Shown: positions 13,301 through 28,300, counted from the first letter of the stretch. The stretch: DNA of 64,000 bases from Tubulanus polymorphus (GCF_964204645.1 NC_134025.1:22796299-22860298); one strand, 5' to 3'. Numbers and translations are program-made. Notes: generated by a model from the sequence alone, not told the origin.

Positions 13301-16300
13301 ACATGAAATTCGGGGTTCTCTCCATATCAATTATATACTTAATCAGGTCGCTGAAATCTAAATATAGTTTTAGGATGCCCCATAATCATCGTTTCACTTC
13401 AGCCACAAATAAATATACATATTCGCGAAGAGCGGTACTGTTATAATATTAGATATAGGATGTTCAAACAGATGTCGGATCAATATAAGCACGATTTGCT
13501 GTGACGATGGAACGAAAAATAATCGTATACATCTGCTCTGGACAATTCAAGTATACTGATAGAGTTCGATTATATTAATATGTACACGACAAAAATGTGT
13601 GTGACTCATTCAAGTGATTCTGCCAGCCACCGGACGACAAATATGTGGCAACAGCCGCGTTAAACAAAAACGATATTTACGATAATTAATCAATGGTTAG
13701 GTTTTCACATGGCAATTTCAAATTTTAAAGGGGCTAATTTGGAAGAACCCAGTGGACCGCCCCCTATCACTCCAGCTCTAATACATTTTTTAAGATTAGT
13801 TAAGATTTCTCTAATTTCACTAAGTGCCAGGTTTGAACAGCAGCTGCTTAATACGGAATCATAAATCGTTTATTTTCTGGAATTTATCTCTACTTACTAC
13901 AAATTTTTCTATGAATTATAGTTTATGAATAGAAATACATATTTACCTCATCGGCGGTTTTCGACGCTAGCAAGTCATCCACATCATGCCAGTCGCTTTG
14001 TAAATTAGCCAGTTGTTCTTTCAGTTTATCTTTGTCTCGAGCTTTATCTCCTGATAACAGCTGTTCACCAAGTGTCTTCAGTTCATCCATGACACTTTCT
14101 TTTGCCGATTTTTCCGTGCCCAGTTGTTCCGCGGCATTTTCCGGCAAATTGGCGAATTCTTGATTCGTGCATCGGTTCGTTATGTCGTCGAGGAGGTCCT
14201 TTACTTCGTGAGCTAATTCTTCCAACCTTTTCACACCTTCCAAAGTCGTGTCTATGTTGTCTACGTGAGTTGTCGCTTTCGGGTCGATCTCTTTCAAGCG
14301 TTCCTCCAGCGCATCCAAGATGTTGTTTACATTCTCTGAACCTTTGCTTATTTTTCGTATTCGATCCAATTCTTCAGTCTGCATGATGACGTCACCTTGA
14401 AGTTGTTTCGCTTGTTCAGCCTGCACCTCGAGTTTATCGAGCAGCATGCTAGGCATTTCATTCTCCAATAACTTCTCTTGACAGTAATCCGCCCACTCGA
14501 CCAATTTATCCAAACTTTCGGTGACCACCAAAGCCAATTTCAAGTCTTCATCGATATCTTTCTTTTTCGTTTCCAAATCGCTTTGGATCTTGTTAAACTT
14601 CTCAGTACACTCTTCTATCGTTTGGACCGTAGCGTTCAACAAATCACCGCCGTCATCGCTGCCGACGTGCTTCAATTTACCGACCAAATTTCCTCCGGAG
14701 CCGACCACATCGTCCAAACGTGGGCGCATCTCTTCGATATTCTTCGCCACGTCGAGCGCTTCGTTTTGCTCGTTTTTCACGATCTCGATGTCATCCGTGG
14801 GCGCGTAATTCTCGGCCAAGTGTTCGAACTGTTTTTCTAAAGCGTCGATCATAGGTTTTACTTCGCGAACGAGGTTCGTAAACTCGACGTATTCGTCGAC
14901 GGTTTTCGTCAGCGTGTTGCATTTATGAAGCAGGTCCTGGTGCATTTCGGCGATGTCCTCGATATCTTTGTCGATCGACGAACCCGTAGTATCGTCCAAA
15001 TTCCATTTACTCGCCGACAAGGATGCCAGCTTACATTTAAACGCTTCCAGTTGATTCTCAAGTTCCTAAACGTCGAAATAAATGAGACAAAACACAGTCA
15101 ATATCGATTTACGATTTAGGGAAAATATGATATGACATCGTCTGAAAACTAATACAAAATTTGGTTACATGCATTTCACAAGTCAGAAAGCAGAAAACTA
15201 AAGAGCTGTGCACTTGATAATGATATGGAAGAGTGATTCAAGATTTGGCATATTGTCTACTTTAGATAAATCTAATGGCATGCATATCTTTACATTTGAT
15301 TTATCTATATACATGTTCATGAAATCTAATCAATACTGTCGATGAGTTCTAATGATTTTACAGCAAATGGTACCATATTAACAAACAACATACAGGTACA
15401 TGCTGTGTGATGCAAACAGAAACCTGCCCGATGAAATAAGAATTAACAGGTCTAAGTATATACATTTACGTAGTGAAACACAAGGAATAGTCGCGCTACC
15501 TTTTCTTTTGTATTGACTTTGCTCCTGTTTCGAATGATGAGGGAAAGTTGTCCGCCTTCACGAGTCGTGGAATCAGCAAGGGCCTATAGATACGGAGGTG
15601 ACTGAATATACGTAACCGGTATAGAATTGACTGTCTATTATGTGGTTATGTTTGAACTTTCACAAAAATAATGGTGGCATTAAAAACCAACAAATCGTTA
15701 CGTATTAGAAGATAAAATCGTCGGGGCTGACTCCGATCAATCTGTCAGTTGTTAATAAATGAGGTGCGATATACCAAGTATAGATAGTGACGGTACTTGT
15801 GTGAAAACAAAGATAAGGACACATGGGGCGGTGAAGGAAAACGGAAATGTCTGGAAAACCGAACGAACCAAAGCGTTCTATAGGAATCGGTTATGCCAAT
15901 TGGTACCCGCTGAGTAATTCAAAAAACTGGATTACAAAGCGAATCTACTTGTTTAGTCAGTGCTATAGCCAGTGCACAAATTACTTTATTGTTCACCAAA
16001 TCCCATTAACGATAAGTAGAAACAACCATTTTGATGCCAATTGTTTGAATATTTAGCCATAATCGAGTTTCTATACGCCAGTGAGTAGCGATGAATCAAG
16101 AAAGTTCATTACCATTAGATTAACAGGTGAAACTAACTGAGTTATAGTCAAAATGGTGTCTCAAGATTTGAACATACATATTTTGTAAATCTTTAATGAT
16201 ACAAAATAGATAAATCTGAGGCGATTAAAAAAGCATTACATAGTTGGAAAATAAAAGGTGAAATGCATGTTGAACATTTGAAAAAAATTAACAAATCAAT

Positions 16301-19300
16301 GTTAAGATTGAAATAAATATTTAAATTAAAATTCAAACATGTTAATATCATAAAGATTAATTCAACATAGAAAACATCGAATTCTTATAAGCTTAAAATG
16401 AACATCGACGTTTGCTTATATGCACTTAGTCAAGCATCAATCAAAAAAAAATTAAATGCGTAATACATAAATCATGCCCTTTATCAGTGAATACGAGTCA
16501 AGATCGGTTGTGAATCATCTTGTGGATGAATGGCAACTATGACTAAATGAAGACATTAAATAGATCTACCATGATTCAAGCAATATTTCCCGTCATTTTC
16601 AAGGAGTACGATTTTGAATAGGATTGTGCTTTTTGCCTAGACTCCTATTTAAGACACAGATAATTTCATGAGAAAAACAAGTCGTTCCTAATTTTGTATC
16701 CATTTTATTGTCATTATTGTGTTTCTTTTTTAATTGGTTAAAAGTTTCATGTTGCTTGGCACATATAAGCTAGTGCAATAATAAAGCTAGTGAATCCAAT
16801 AATTAGTTGCTACTGGATACTGGGCTTAAGCCTCGAGCAACGCCTATAAAGTGATAGATAGGGCCTTGATGACTAGACACGATTCAAGCCCTAGAACAGC
16901 TTCAACATACCTGTAGCTTCTTGTTCGTCTCTTCGACGTTGCTATTCTCGACGAAATCATCTCGAATTTCATCAAACTTCGCTTCATTTTCGTCCAGCGA
17001 GTTTTTCAACGAGTCGTAAGCGTTGACGAAGTCCTCGAACTGATAACCGAGACTGTGCAGCCTGGTCAGACGCTGCTTGAATTCTGCACAAATCTAAAAA
17101 TGGTTTAAAATGATAAGCATATTAAGTAAAGACGAGCACAGGATTGTGTGAATCATTTTTGAATTTTTCAGTTTAGTTCAATCGTCATTTCTAAAGGGAG
17201 GAATGGGAAATTCAGTTTTGCCCTCTTTGCCTCACAAAACTGGTATGTATTTCATACTTCATATTTTGTACTACTTACTCGGTCGAATCTATCTTTGAGT
17301 TGATCGGTTAAAGCTTCTAGACTCTCATATTGCTCAGTTTGCCCAGCATCTTTTTCAGTGTCTTTAAGCGAATCCAATACTTCGAGACATTTTCGGATTC
17401 GCATCGCGACTGCGTCTTGTTCGGTGACATTACTTTCCATCAATTGCTATGAAAATATTTATTTCCGATTGAATTATCTAAATGAATTTAAAAGTAAATA
17501 CTATTTTCTATTTATAATGGCGGCATTAGTTCATTTTTTCATACGTTCGAATTTATTTGAAGTAGGATAATCGAAAGGCGTAAATTCTATTTGCTTTTAA
17601 ATGTTTTTGAATAGACGCTGTTGGCAGTGGAAGTAAGCCAGTCAAATTTAGATTTTTATGTTTTTTACAAGCAAGCTCACCCCGACACAGCAATATTACT
17701 ATATAATTTATGCCGCGTCTTTTAAGTCCGAAGTCGTAAAATTTCGAGCACATAAAGGTACAAACCGAACGGACCATTATGCATAGAATAACAAAATCGA
17801 CTGCCTGTTTGTAAACCACTAAATAGGTCTACCCTGACGTTTGAAATTTTCAATTCCGTCGACTTTAAACGAATATTAATACGTTTTATAACTTTATTAC
17901 TAGCGTCGGTCAAAGGGGCTTAAGCGATCGCCGCAAATTATCTCCAGGTTTATTGATATATGACGTTATATTGTGAATTATGAACAATCGAAGCCAAACG
18001 AGCACGCGGCTAAATTGTCCACAGTACAATAACTGCAATTTGCACTGGGCGTTGCTGACCACCTAGAACTAGTCAACAACGATTCTAAACAGTGCCGTTG
18101 CCAAAAATGATTCCACGTTAGTTCAGGCTATATCCCCCTCCCCGCTGCTTGGGAAAATAAGACTTCAGAGCTTTTTGTTCAAGAACGTTAAAGTTTAAGA
18201 ATTGCTATCAAATTCGACAACCTAAAGTCTGTGTATTCTAATTACGCCTGCTACTTCGAAGCAATCTATATAGATCAGCGAATAAGAAAACATACCATAA
18301 AATCATTGTTCAGTTTCAATGCGGAAGAACAACAAAATGAAGTGCAATTCTAACGTGGATTAAAGTCTATACATATACATTCTTCTATATATTGGCAAAA
18401 CTATGTTTTGAATATCTACATTTAGTGACTAATACCCTAATTTGGTTCAAGTACTTAATGGAACCATTGAAATTCAGTTCTCGAATCGAAAAGAAAGCAA
18501 ATATAAACACGTATTGACGTTTATTAAATACGTACATGTAAAACTATTACCTAGAGATCCATTACGTTCGTTAAAAACTTACCTTATGACTAGCTATCTC
18601 TGAATTGAGGGTCTCGAGAGTTTTGCATACAGGCGCTTCCTGCGTTGCCAGGGCAGCCTCTACTGATGTAACCCAGTCAAGGCTGCGATTCGCGTCGATC
18701 AGAGCCTCGGCCAAAACGTCTCCGTTCGCCAATACCAGGGTACCAGTTACAGGATCTAGAACGGCTCGGCATTGGGGGTTTAGTACGGTTTTATCGAGGG
18801 CTTCGTTGAGACTGATACATTCCTTTCTGCATTTGGGCTGATAACGTGTGTCGTCTTGGATTTCCCCTTGGTCCAAAAGTTCACCGATAGTCGAAGCGGA
18901 CTGGAGCGCCTTCAGTAACTTAACCTTATCTGAGCTTGGATCAGAGCAAACTGGACTGATAAGATTTGATTTTTCGATATGTTCATCAGCCACGGCCAAT
19001 TCAAGAATTTTATCCGGATTAAGAGCCGCGTCGATGATATTCTTCGAGATTGCCTCTTGTATTGAATACTCTTTGTTGGTTTTAGGGTCCGTGATTTTGC
19101 CCGTTTTGGAGTCGAACAGTCCAGATTCTTCGTGAACTCCCAGCGAAGTTGTTTTATTACGACGATTGTCAATGAAAAACACGCAAAAAACATCCAGCAG
19201 TCCCAATTCAACAGCTTTATCAATGGGCAACGTCTTACCGGTGTGCTTATCCCTATAATCTCCAAGTTTCGGGTCGATCCAGCCATCTTTGATGTAAACT

Positions 19301-22300
19301 CCCAGAGAAGCTTTAGACATAGCCCCGGCGATTTTTATGCCAGTTTTGTCGGTAACATATCCAATTTTGACGGCACTTGCTAAGTGCATAGGCATACGCA
19401 CGACGTCGTCGGGTTGGAAGTTATTGTATTCGCAAGCACCGACGTTCAAAACACTCGAAAATACGGCGGCTTTGATCGAGATATTTTGATCAGCGCTGAA
19501 CTGTTGATTCAAATCGAGATGCTGTCGTAGAAATTTAAGCGCGCCGATTTGGAGACAGATATCTTTCGTATTGATATCAGGATTAAGAAGATTTTTGTGC
19601 AAAGCTTCATCCAGATCGAGAGTTTGGCCGTTTTTATCGGCGGGGAATCTCAGTTGACGCCGGTCCATTTTGTCGCAGACGTTGTTGATACTTTTAATAC
19701 GACAAGATGGATAATCGTTGTAGAATGTTATTTTCCTATCTACCCCACCGCAGTCTAACGCCTGCGCAACCAATTCACCATTTGACACGCCATCCTCATC
19801 GCCGGGTAGCAGTTGTTCTCTTTCCTCATCGAGCACCTTCTGTAGAGAATGATTCTCGTACACCAGCAGTAATCTTTTTACCAAATCGGCATCGACGCAA
19901 CCGATAGCAGCCGCCTCTTGAATACCGTAAACATCGCCGGAAGTAGTCCTGTACTCTAACGGATCCAATTTGAGAACTCCCTGCGCCACTGCCTCGTTGA
20001 AATATAAATCTCTACCGCCATTCGGACAACGAATAGTCGGTTTCAGACTCTTAACGGCGTGATATAACCGTAGATAAAATCTTTCGGCGGCACTGACAGT
20101 TCGCTTACTACCACTATCGCTGACTGAGCGCCGCGACATCGTAACTTCCTCGCCAAGATCCAAACTCACCAGAAACTCCAACTCTTCAGCGGTATAAGTA
20201 TAAGAAGTACTGTCTATAGTCTGTACTGTGTCACTCTGCTGTGACAAGCCGTCGGTGGACACTAAGCGTACTGTGGCCGCCAAGGCGTCGCTCGATTGCC
20301 GAATATTATTCAATTCTGTCAGCTCGTTGACGTATGGCTTCACATGGTCTGAGTCATGCGTTAAGTCATTTTCTTTTTCTCCGACAGAGCTTAAAGAAAC
20401 GGCTATTTGTGAAGCGACGATGTTTTCCGCAAATACCATTTGCTCCACATTTTCGCTTGAAGCCATTTCGTTCAAATCATCGTAACAAGACTTGCAAGGA
20501 AGTGTGGTTCCTACAGCTATTCCTTGATCGAGACATATCTTCCCTTCTTCATCCTCATCGTTATCCGAATATACGGGCGTTCTGTCTGTATCCATGCTCT
20601 CTCGATCTCCATCGTGACCCAAACTATCCTTTCGATCTTTGTTGAATACGGACGAATCTTCGCTTCTCGTATCCTCGAGACTGTCAGGGGACTGGCACCC
20701 CTTCCTGTCCTCGTCGCTGGTGGATTCCGACTTTTCCAGTTCTTCCAAACTGTGTCGCAGTTTTAAAGCTGTGTATTTCCTATCCGACGGTTGGTAGCTA
20801 ATTTCGTCTATATCTTTTGGTACTCCGCTGTCTGGGCTATCCCGTTCAACTGTCAGTTGACCTGATTCGGGCTCGATTAAGTTGTTATTATCAACCGATA
20901 ATTGATATGGTTTTGCGGCAGTTGCGTGTCGATATTGCTCTGAAAAATCCTGTCCATAGTTTGCGTTCGGTGCTTCATTGCCGATATCATTGTAATAATC
21001 GAGTAATGGCTCCCTGTTTTGGATATTCGCGTTGACTTCGTTGATATGAAAATTGTCGACGCTGTCCGACTGATCGTGACTAGGCGATGACTTGTAGACT
21101 TGATCTTCGGTTAATTCCGATTCAATATCGCTGGTTACAGGTTCTGACCAAGACACCGGACCCACATCTTCGGGCTTATCACCAGTAGCTTCGAAATACT
21201 GCGTAGACAGCGTGTGTATCTCACGAACTTCGTCATTTGTAGATTTCGTTGTTTCACCACTTTCAAATTTCTCGTCATCAGATGAATAGGTTTGATTGAT
21301 ATCATCTTCTATTACGTCGCTTTCTGGTTGTACCAGATCTTCTACAAAATCAACGGGAACGGTGTCACTATTGAGTCGGTCACCTGGTGGAGAGAAGTAC
21401 TGAGTGGACGATTCGTATCTTTCTTTGACTTCTACGTCGTCATCCATTGCTTGTTCATCATCGAGTGGATAGGTTTTATCGATATCATCTTCTATTACGT
21501 CGCTTTCTGATTGTTTCAGATCTTCTACGAAATCAACGGGAACGGTGTCACTATGGAGTCGGTCGCCTGGTAGAGTGAAGTACTGAGTGGACGATTCGTA
21601 TCTTTCTTTGACTTCTTCGTCGTCATCCGTTGCTTGTTCATTATCTAAGTCATCGTCATCATCATCAGTCTCATCAGCAGTTTCTTCCATAGGTTTATCT
21701 AATGAATGCGATTCACCAAAGTGAGTCGGTCTGAATTTCGATTCAGGATATAGACGATCCACGTCGTGCGATGAAATATCAGCCTTGGCGGGAACCGTTT
21801 TACCCAGTACACCGATCACATCCTGAGACTTAATCACCTTTTCTTTCAATCCGACTTTGGTTCTGTTGATCGTGAACTGTGAACAAATCGATTCGTCCTG
21901 GTGTTCGGCAAGAGTGTCGTCCGTCTCTTCGAGAGGCAGTGAAAATTCCTCATTTCGCGTGTGTGATATCTTCCTTCCAGCGCGATCTTCATCTTCATTC
22001 TCAGATGACGATGAGGATGATGAAACGAGTTCTTCCCTCTGTTCTAAATTGTGTATCTTCTTAACGTACAGCGGACTACGGGTTAGGTCAACGTTGACAT
22101 CTCCTGGTGAGCCTGGTGGTGATCTCTGGGGTATGGAATCGTCATACATCGCATTCGGACAAGTCTTAGATTTTCTATCTTCTTCGATATTTTCAAGTTT
22201 TCGTATAGGTTTCGGCTTTTCTTTTGATTGAATCGACTCTGATTCTGGTTGATATAGTTCGTATGCCGGTCGACGTACACCCAGTGGACTTTTAAACTCT

Positions 22301-25300
22301 AAATCAGCATCTAATTCTTCTAAAGATTGTTCACTAGCTCTGTTGACATTTTCACTATCATGCAAGTCATAGGATGCGCCGGAGTCGACCCCTATTAGTT
22401 TCCCTTCAACCAGCGTAGGTGATAATTTTTCGATGTCCGCATTATCTGAATACAGAAGATACCGGGGTTCGTCGACCAAGCGTGTTGCAGGATCCGTTCT
22501 TTCAGCAGGCGATGCTTCGCTACTGTCTTCAGCTGGGTAAATATCGTTACGCGGTGCTTCTTCGTTATTGTTATCGGCGAAAACTGGGCCGGCATCTAAA
22601 ATTTCACAGTCTACTTCTGTGAAGAATTTAGACAGGTGATGTTCTCTTGTGCAGACGATATGGTCTGAATCATCGACACTTGCTGGTGAATCCTCGTCAT
22701 TCGTAGTCGCATAGCTGTCTGCGTAAACATCGTCTCGAGTAACAACAGGCTCTTCAACAGTCACCGCGTTGTATGCGTCATTTGTGGGTTCGTAACGTTG
22801 AGACCTATTGTCCCGACTCGGCCATCTCTGGACCATCTCGGCATTTTCCATTTGCCGAGCAGCTTCGTTCGCCGGTAGGTTGTTTAGACTATGCGGTCCC
22901 GTTCCTGGTTTACTTAGTTGCGAACAGTCGACAGCATCAATAGGTTTATCACGGGGATCCGCCGCACTGTCCACTTCGTCGGGTTGGAAATATCCGGATG
23001 AAATAGATTCAGTCTTTTCCTCTTCGTTAACGCCGTCAATCGACTTCGGTTGTTTCCAGACATTATCGACTGGTCTGGGAGTTTGTTTAGACTGTAAAGA
23101 GTACGATACTTTAGGATAAAGTCTGGGGTCGTAGTTTATCCAATGATCCTCGCGGTCTGAGTTCATTATTTGTTCGCATTTTCTGGAAGTATTTTCAGTT
23201 GGTTCTGTCGTCGGGGACGTGTTATCAAACCTTAGTTTCGCGTTGCTAATACTAGATGGCGACTGATCTCCGGAACGGCTGGTCGGGAAAAACTGCGACT
23301 GATTTTCCCGTTGGAGATAAGAAGGGCTTTGTGAGTACAGTGGTGACTTAGATTCCTGCCAATCGCCTTGAAGGAGAGCATTATAGTCGTCTTCCGATGA
23401 AATATTCAAGTAAAGATTTGCTTTCAGAGCTCGCGCATGCATCTTAGCTTGGAACTTTAGCGTTGGGGATGTCACATCCTTGCGAGATGATCTGTTATCG
23501 TCTGCTGGTAGTACGTATTTGCCCAGTCGCTTCACTCTCCCTCTCGCCGGTCCTTTCGTAGTTCGTTCCGTTCGCTCGCAATCGCCACTGATCGTCGCCC
23601 GGATGTACCCGGCCGCGATAGCATCATTTATGTTGATCTCTTCTCCCTCTTTGAAGTACGAACCGCGTTCCACGTCGACGACTCCGATTTCGATGGAATC
23701 TTCCAAACTCAGTTCGGCTCCAGTCGTCGGATCCAGTACGTAATCGACTCGCATGGATTCGTCGTCGCTCAGCGGAATGTGATCGGGACCCATTACATCG
23801 ACGACCAACAAGAGACCTCTGTCAACAGCTTTTTGGATGCTCAGCTTTTCTCCAGTGATGGGGTGTATGTACAAGGCGTTATCTTCGTCCAGTAGGCCTA
23901 TATTTACGGCATGACTGACCGGCACCTCGCGACGTGTTCGCGGATCGATAACGCCTGTAATTCGATACGACATATTCTCTGTTATGCGCGTTCGATAGAC
24001 ACGCGTTTTCTCCGTGTGTTCTTTGCCGACTTTCGTATCGACCATTTCGGCGATGATCAGACCTTGGCTCATCGCTTCCGGTATCGGGATGGTTTCCGTC
24101 GTTTTCGGATCCACGTAAACGCCCTTTCCCTGATTGATGATACCAGCTGCGATGGCTTCTTGAATACTTATTTTTTCTTGATTTCTCGGATCGACGACAC
24201 CCGTTATGACGTACTTGCTCGTCTCCTCCACGGTGGTGCTCGTGTATTCCACGCATTCTTCGTCGCACTCGACTGTTTCGATGACGGACGTATCGACGCT
24301 ATGTCCCGGGGAGCTGCCGACATCGCTGAAAAATAAAAAAATATCCAAAACGTTTGAATACCTGAATAGATAGAACATGGCCCCCGGTGCGAGAACGCTG
24401 TTCCCGAACAACAACTCCGCGGTCATCTAAAAGCATATCCATTAACACTATATAATTTACGTTAGCATGCGAAATAAAATCGAAAAGTATACGTTTTTCT
24501 TCACAAACAAAACAATTACCGGAGCATTATTTCTGTCGAAGTCTGGTGCATAAGACGGTGATACATTGTTTCTAGATAGAATTAATTTATCAAATGCGTC
24601 AAACGCTATTTATTTCCTGTGATTGCATTCAATGAACCTACGTAGTCAATTCTATTTTGAACGTTCTTATATTTCCCGATACCGACATATGTTGAGTATC
24701 ATTTGAGTATCTAGGGATGCTTTATTCACATTGCACGCACAACTATCAAATTTCAAATTCCAAATTTGGATTCCGATTTTTTTTGTCATCAGTGTCATCA
24801 ACCATGGGCGGTTATGGAAACACTCTTTCGATTAAATTTTTGTTGACAAATCAAAGGTCGATTACGCCAGACAGTTATTTTTTTAAGTCGTCGACATCTT
24901 GACGAAGATAACGTTCAAATTTATCAAGTTAATGCATAAACACTTGAAGAAAATATCAGATAATAATTTTGCTACGGAATATTATTTCCATATTGGGTTT
25001 TGTGTCGAAAAAGGAGCTTGCATTTAAGTCACATTTTGACTTCTCTCGGTCTCCAGTATTTTCATTATACCCTATGTTGCGTTGCAAAAAAAATTCACGC
25101 GATCCCTGTCAATCCCTGTCAATTTTTCTATTATATAATGTAATTTTGAAGTGCAAAATAAATTCTTTCATTTTTCAAATCGACTCAAATGACCGGTTAC
25201 AAAAACGAATGAAATAAAGGTAGATGGGGCTATAGTTGGAAATCTGTTGTATATATTTTCACTCATAATCAATAGTCCTCGTAGGTCTTGAAGAACAGTC

Positions 25301-28300
25301 TCAGATGAAGGGTTTCAGTACGTTATAAATGCTTTTCCGGAGCCACCATCGCATTTTTATACACATGATTTCACCTATATATGCAACATGTGCAAGAAGT
25401 ATTCAATCGACTAAGATCGAAACAGCCTATTGATTATAAACACATGACAAGGAATAATTGATCACTATTTGTAAAGACGGCTACTTTCAAGAGATCACAA
25501 TTTACCTTCGATTGAATACGTTCGATTGAACATACGACTACCATGGTTCATTTAGAAAAAATGAAAGTGAATATCATCCATACCTCTTGTTAACGACAAC
25601 CATAGTATTTTCTGTTGTTGCGTTTACGTCAGTTGATTGAGGCGGTTGCGGGGGCGGCGAACGCTCGTGCACGAATAGCAATGGCGATTTTATTTCAGCA
25701 GCTGTCGTATTTCCGGTAATCTGCTTAAGTTGATCGTCATTTATTCTGCGAAGGGAAACAAAATTCTATATTTTCATAACATTACGCCCGCGAAATAGTT
25801 TCTAATGCGTACACATCATCAGTAGTATTTGATCGGGATGAGGCGTTTAACAATATAATATAAGCAGACTGTGCATTTCTATCGGGTGAGTGTATATACC
25901 GCTTCAGTCAGCTGTTCAAATCTCAAATATTGGTAAAATCTGAGATATGAATTGCATCTCGATTCACGTACTTATAATAACTCACTACATCGTGCTTTCG
26001 TATGATAGAATAATCCACGAGGTGGTTTCGTCAGCATTATCCATGCTTTGCAAGCCTCTTGTGTAAGCAAAATATGAGTACAGCTATCCGACTCGAGAAT
26101 TGGCATTTCCCCCCAAATGTATCTAGCTTTCTAATATCGTACCAAATAGTTCGGTAAATGCCTCATGTAGGAATATAGGATTTATCCCGTCGAAAAACAC
26201 TTGGGAGATCAAAGACCGATAGATCTTCGGTACAGCCGCAATGCAACATAACTAAATCTGTAAGCCGGAAGCGTCATAATGTACCACTTGTAAGCAGCTG
26301 CGCGATATATTGAAATTCATAAATTTTAACTATATCTACTGTTTACATATATATATTTGTATATTCATTGTATGTCTTGGACGAACATCAGACCTGGAAC
26401 CACTGGCAGCTGTCACAACTTCATTGTCAAATTTACTTTTTAGATATGATAAAAGTACACTGAATTCTACGGACGTATGTGACGATTTCCGTGAAAAATA
26501 AATCATCCTTTCTCATCACTTCACCGCATATAGAGGGACCAAGTTTGAATATGAGATATTATATCTACGTTCGCACTACGGACACGATTAGGGGCATCGA
26601 GTGTTCGTGTGCCATCTCAACAAGTCGCCATGATTATGTCGACTTGACGCTTTATATTGCGATATGTCGACATGGCTACTCGAGGCCCCAAGCCTGGCGC
26701 ACACGAGGCAATTTTTAGTCGCCTGTTGCTGCGACCGATTTGTAAGCAACCGTTGAGCAATCGATCGCTTGGTGTCGCCCGTGTGCTACCACTGGAGACG
26801 GACAAGCGATTATCTTTCCCGGCAAACATCTGTATCATGTGACTTGTCAAGATGGCCACGCTACAGCCTCGACTGGTGCCGTATTTGGTTGAATCACATC
26901 ATAATTGTTCGCTCTCTCATTGGCTAGTTGATGAGTCGCTTGTCGCTTGGTGTCTCCAGTGGTAGCACACGGGCAACTCCCGAGCGATCGGTGAGCAATT
27001 TCTGGGCGACGAGCAATTTTCCGTCGCCCAATATCACACATGTTTGATATTGGGTGACACAGAGCAAATCCCGGTGACAACGAGAAATCGCTGTCTCCCG
27101 TTGCCGCAGACGAGCGATTCTTTCGCTCGACGCCGAGCAACTCGGGCGTTCACTCGAGAATTGCTCGAAAACGTCTCCCGTGTGCGATAGGCTAATAATC
27201 GCACACCTGAGATATTTAGTATTTTGTAATTTTATCCTACCTGTATACATAAGCAGTTGAAACATATTTCGGCAGACGCGCTGGAGCTGGAGGCTCCTTC
27301 GGCACCAACCTTAACGAACTATAAAACATCAGTTTTTTCCTACTTTTTCTAGCACATATAGATATATAACCATGTAGGTAGGTCCCGCGCTCTGGTGTGT
27401 CACCAAATGTGGTTTAATTCGTATGAATAAACTAAATTCTTTATCAAGTTGAAAGATAACACAAGAACGCACGTAATATATCATTTGAATATACGGGGCC
27501 GGTAAAAATGCCGGAAAAACTACAGTCATCGTTTTCTTAGAACAAATTCGAAATAACGAGACGACTTGTTTTCTTTTTAAGTGTTTGATAGCTCTCCAAA
27601 TATGCACTCACTTGCGGCGCTTATTTCAATAGACGCCGGAAGAGCGTTCTTTTTACCTATGTATGTAAGCTTGAGACTGGTATTTTTGTTGACCCGGGCT
27701 TCGAATAACGACGTCACCCTCGGCGTTTCGCGAACAAATCAACGATTTATAACTGGTGAAATACAGGTCCAAATCCTGCAACGAGAGAAAAGTCTCATAG
27801 TATCACCGGATTTCGTCGAAAAAGTCGTACTAACATAAACAGTTCGATAAAGATTGCTTCACGAAAAAAATGTGTCAATCGTCCAAGGCCGAAAAAACCT
27901 AGATTAGATTCTGACATATATTTTATATAAACGATAAAATCATATTCATATGTAAATGGAGGCATTTAGATAAGCAAAGCATAAACTTTGAAGCCATTAA
28001 ACTTTTTGTACTTAAATCGGTGCATTGGGGCTAGTTAAATCTGTATGAATTGTAGATATGACAATGAAGTTAGCTCATTTTAGGTCGTGAGCGTTTCACA
28101 CTATCGTATCGAAAGAGAATTAATTGGATAAGCACGTTGATTAAATAAAATCATGAGTGAGTCCCATTCCAGTGCAATGCACTATCCCGATTAGGATCCT
28201 CTGTTAATATTTCATAATGAGGAAATAAAAAATATCATGGAAGAGGTATGAAAAAATATATAAAACCGGCTTACTTTCGTCGCTTTGATTATCAGCTCCA

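Noticed and set aside
17670-17925. Weak palindromic symmetry suggesting an old MITE
   Set aside because: It is too degenerate to define termini or a TSD by eye.
18605-24336. Many plus-strand and alternative-frame ORFs over the giant exon and spectrin exons
   Set aside because: They are antisense or frame shadows of the real coding sequence with no recognisable domains.
24326-24426. Start of the 1951-aa ORF as a stand-alone gene
   Set aside because: The first ~33 codons are intronic (pyrimidine tract and AG at 24326-24327), and the exon joins upstream plakin exons in phase.
24520-24573. Possible small exon upstream of the giant exon
   Set aside because: It has an in-frame stop in the required phase, and the flanking exons already join in phase without it.
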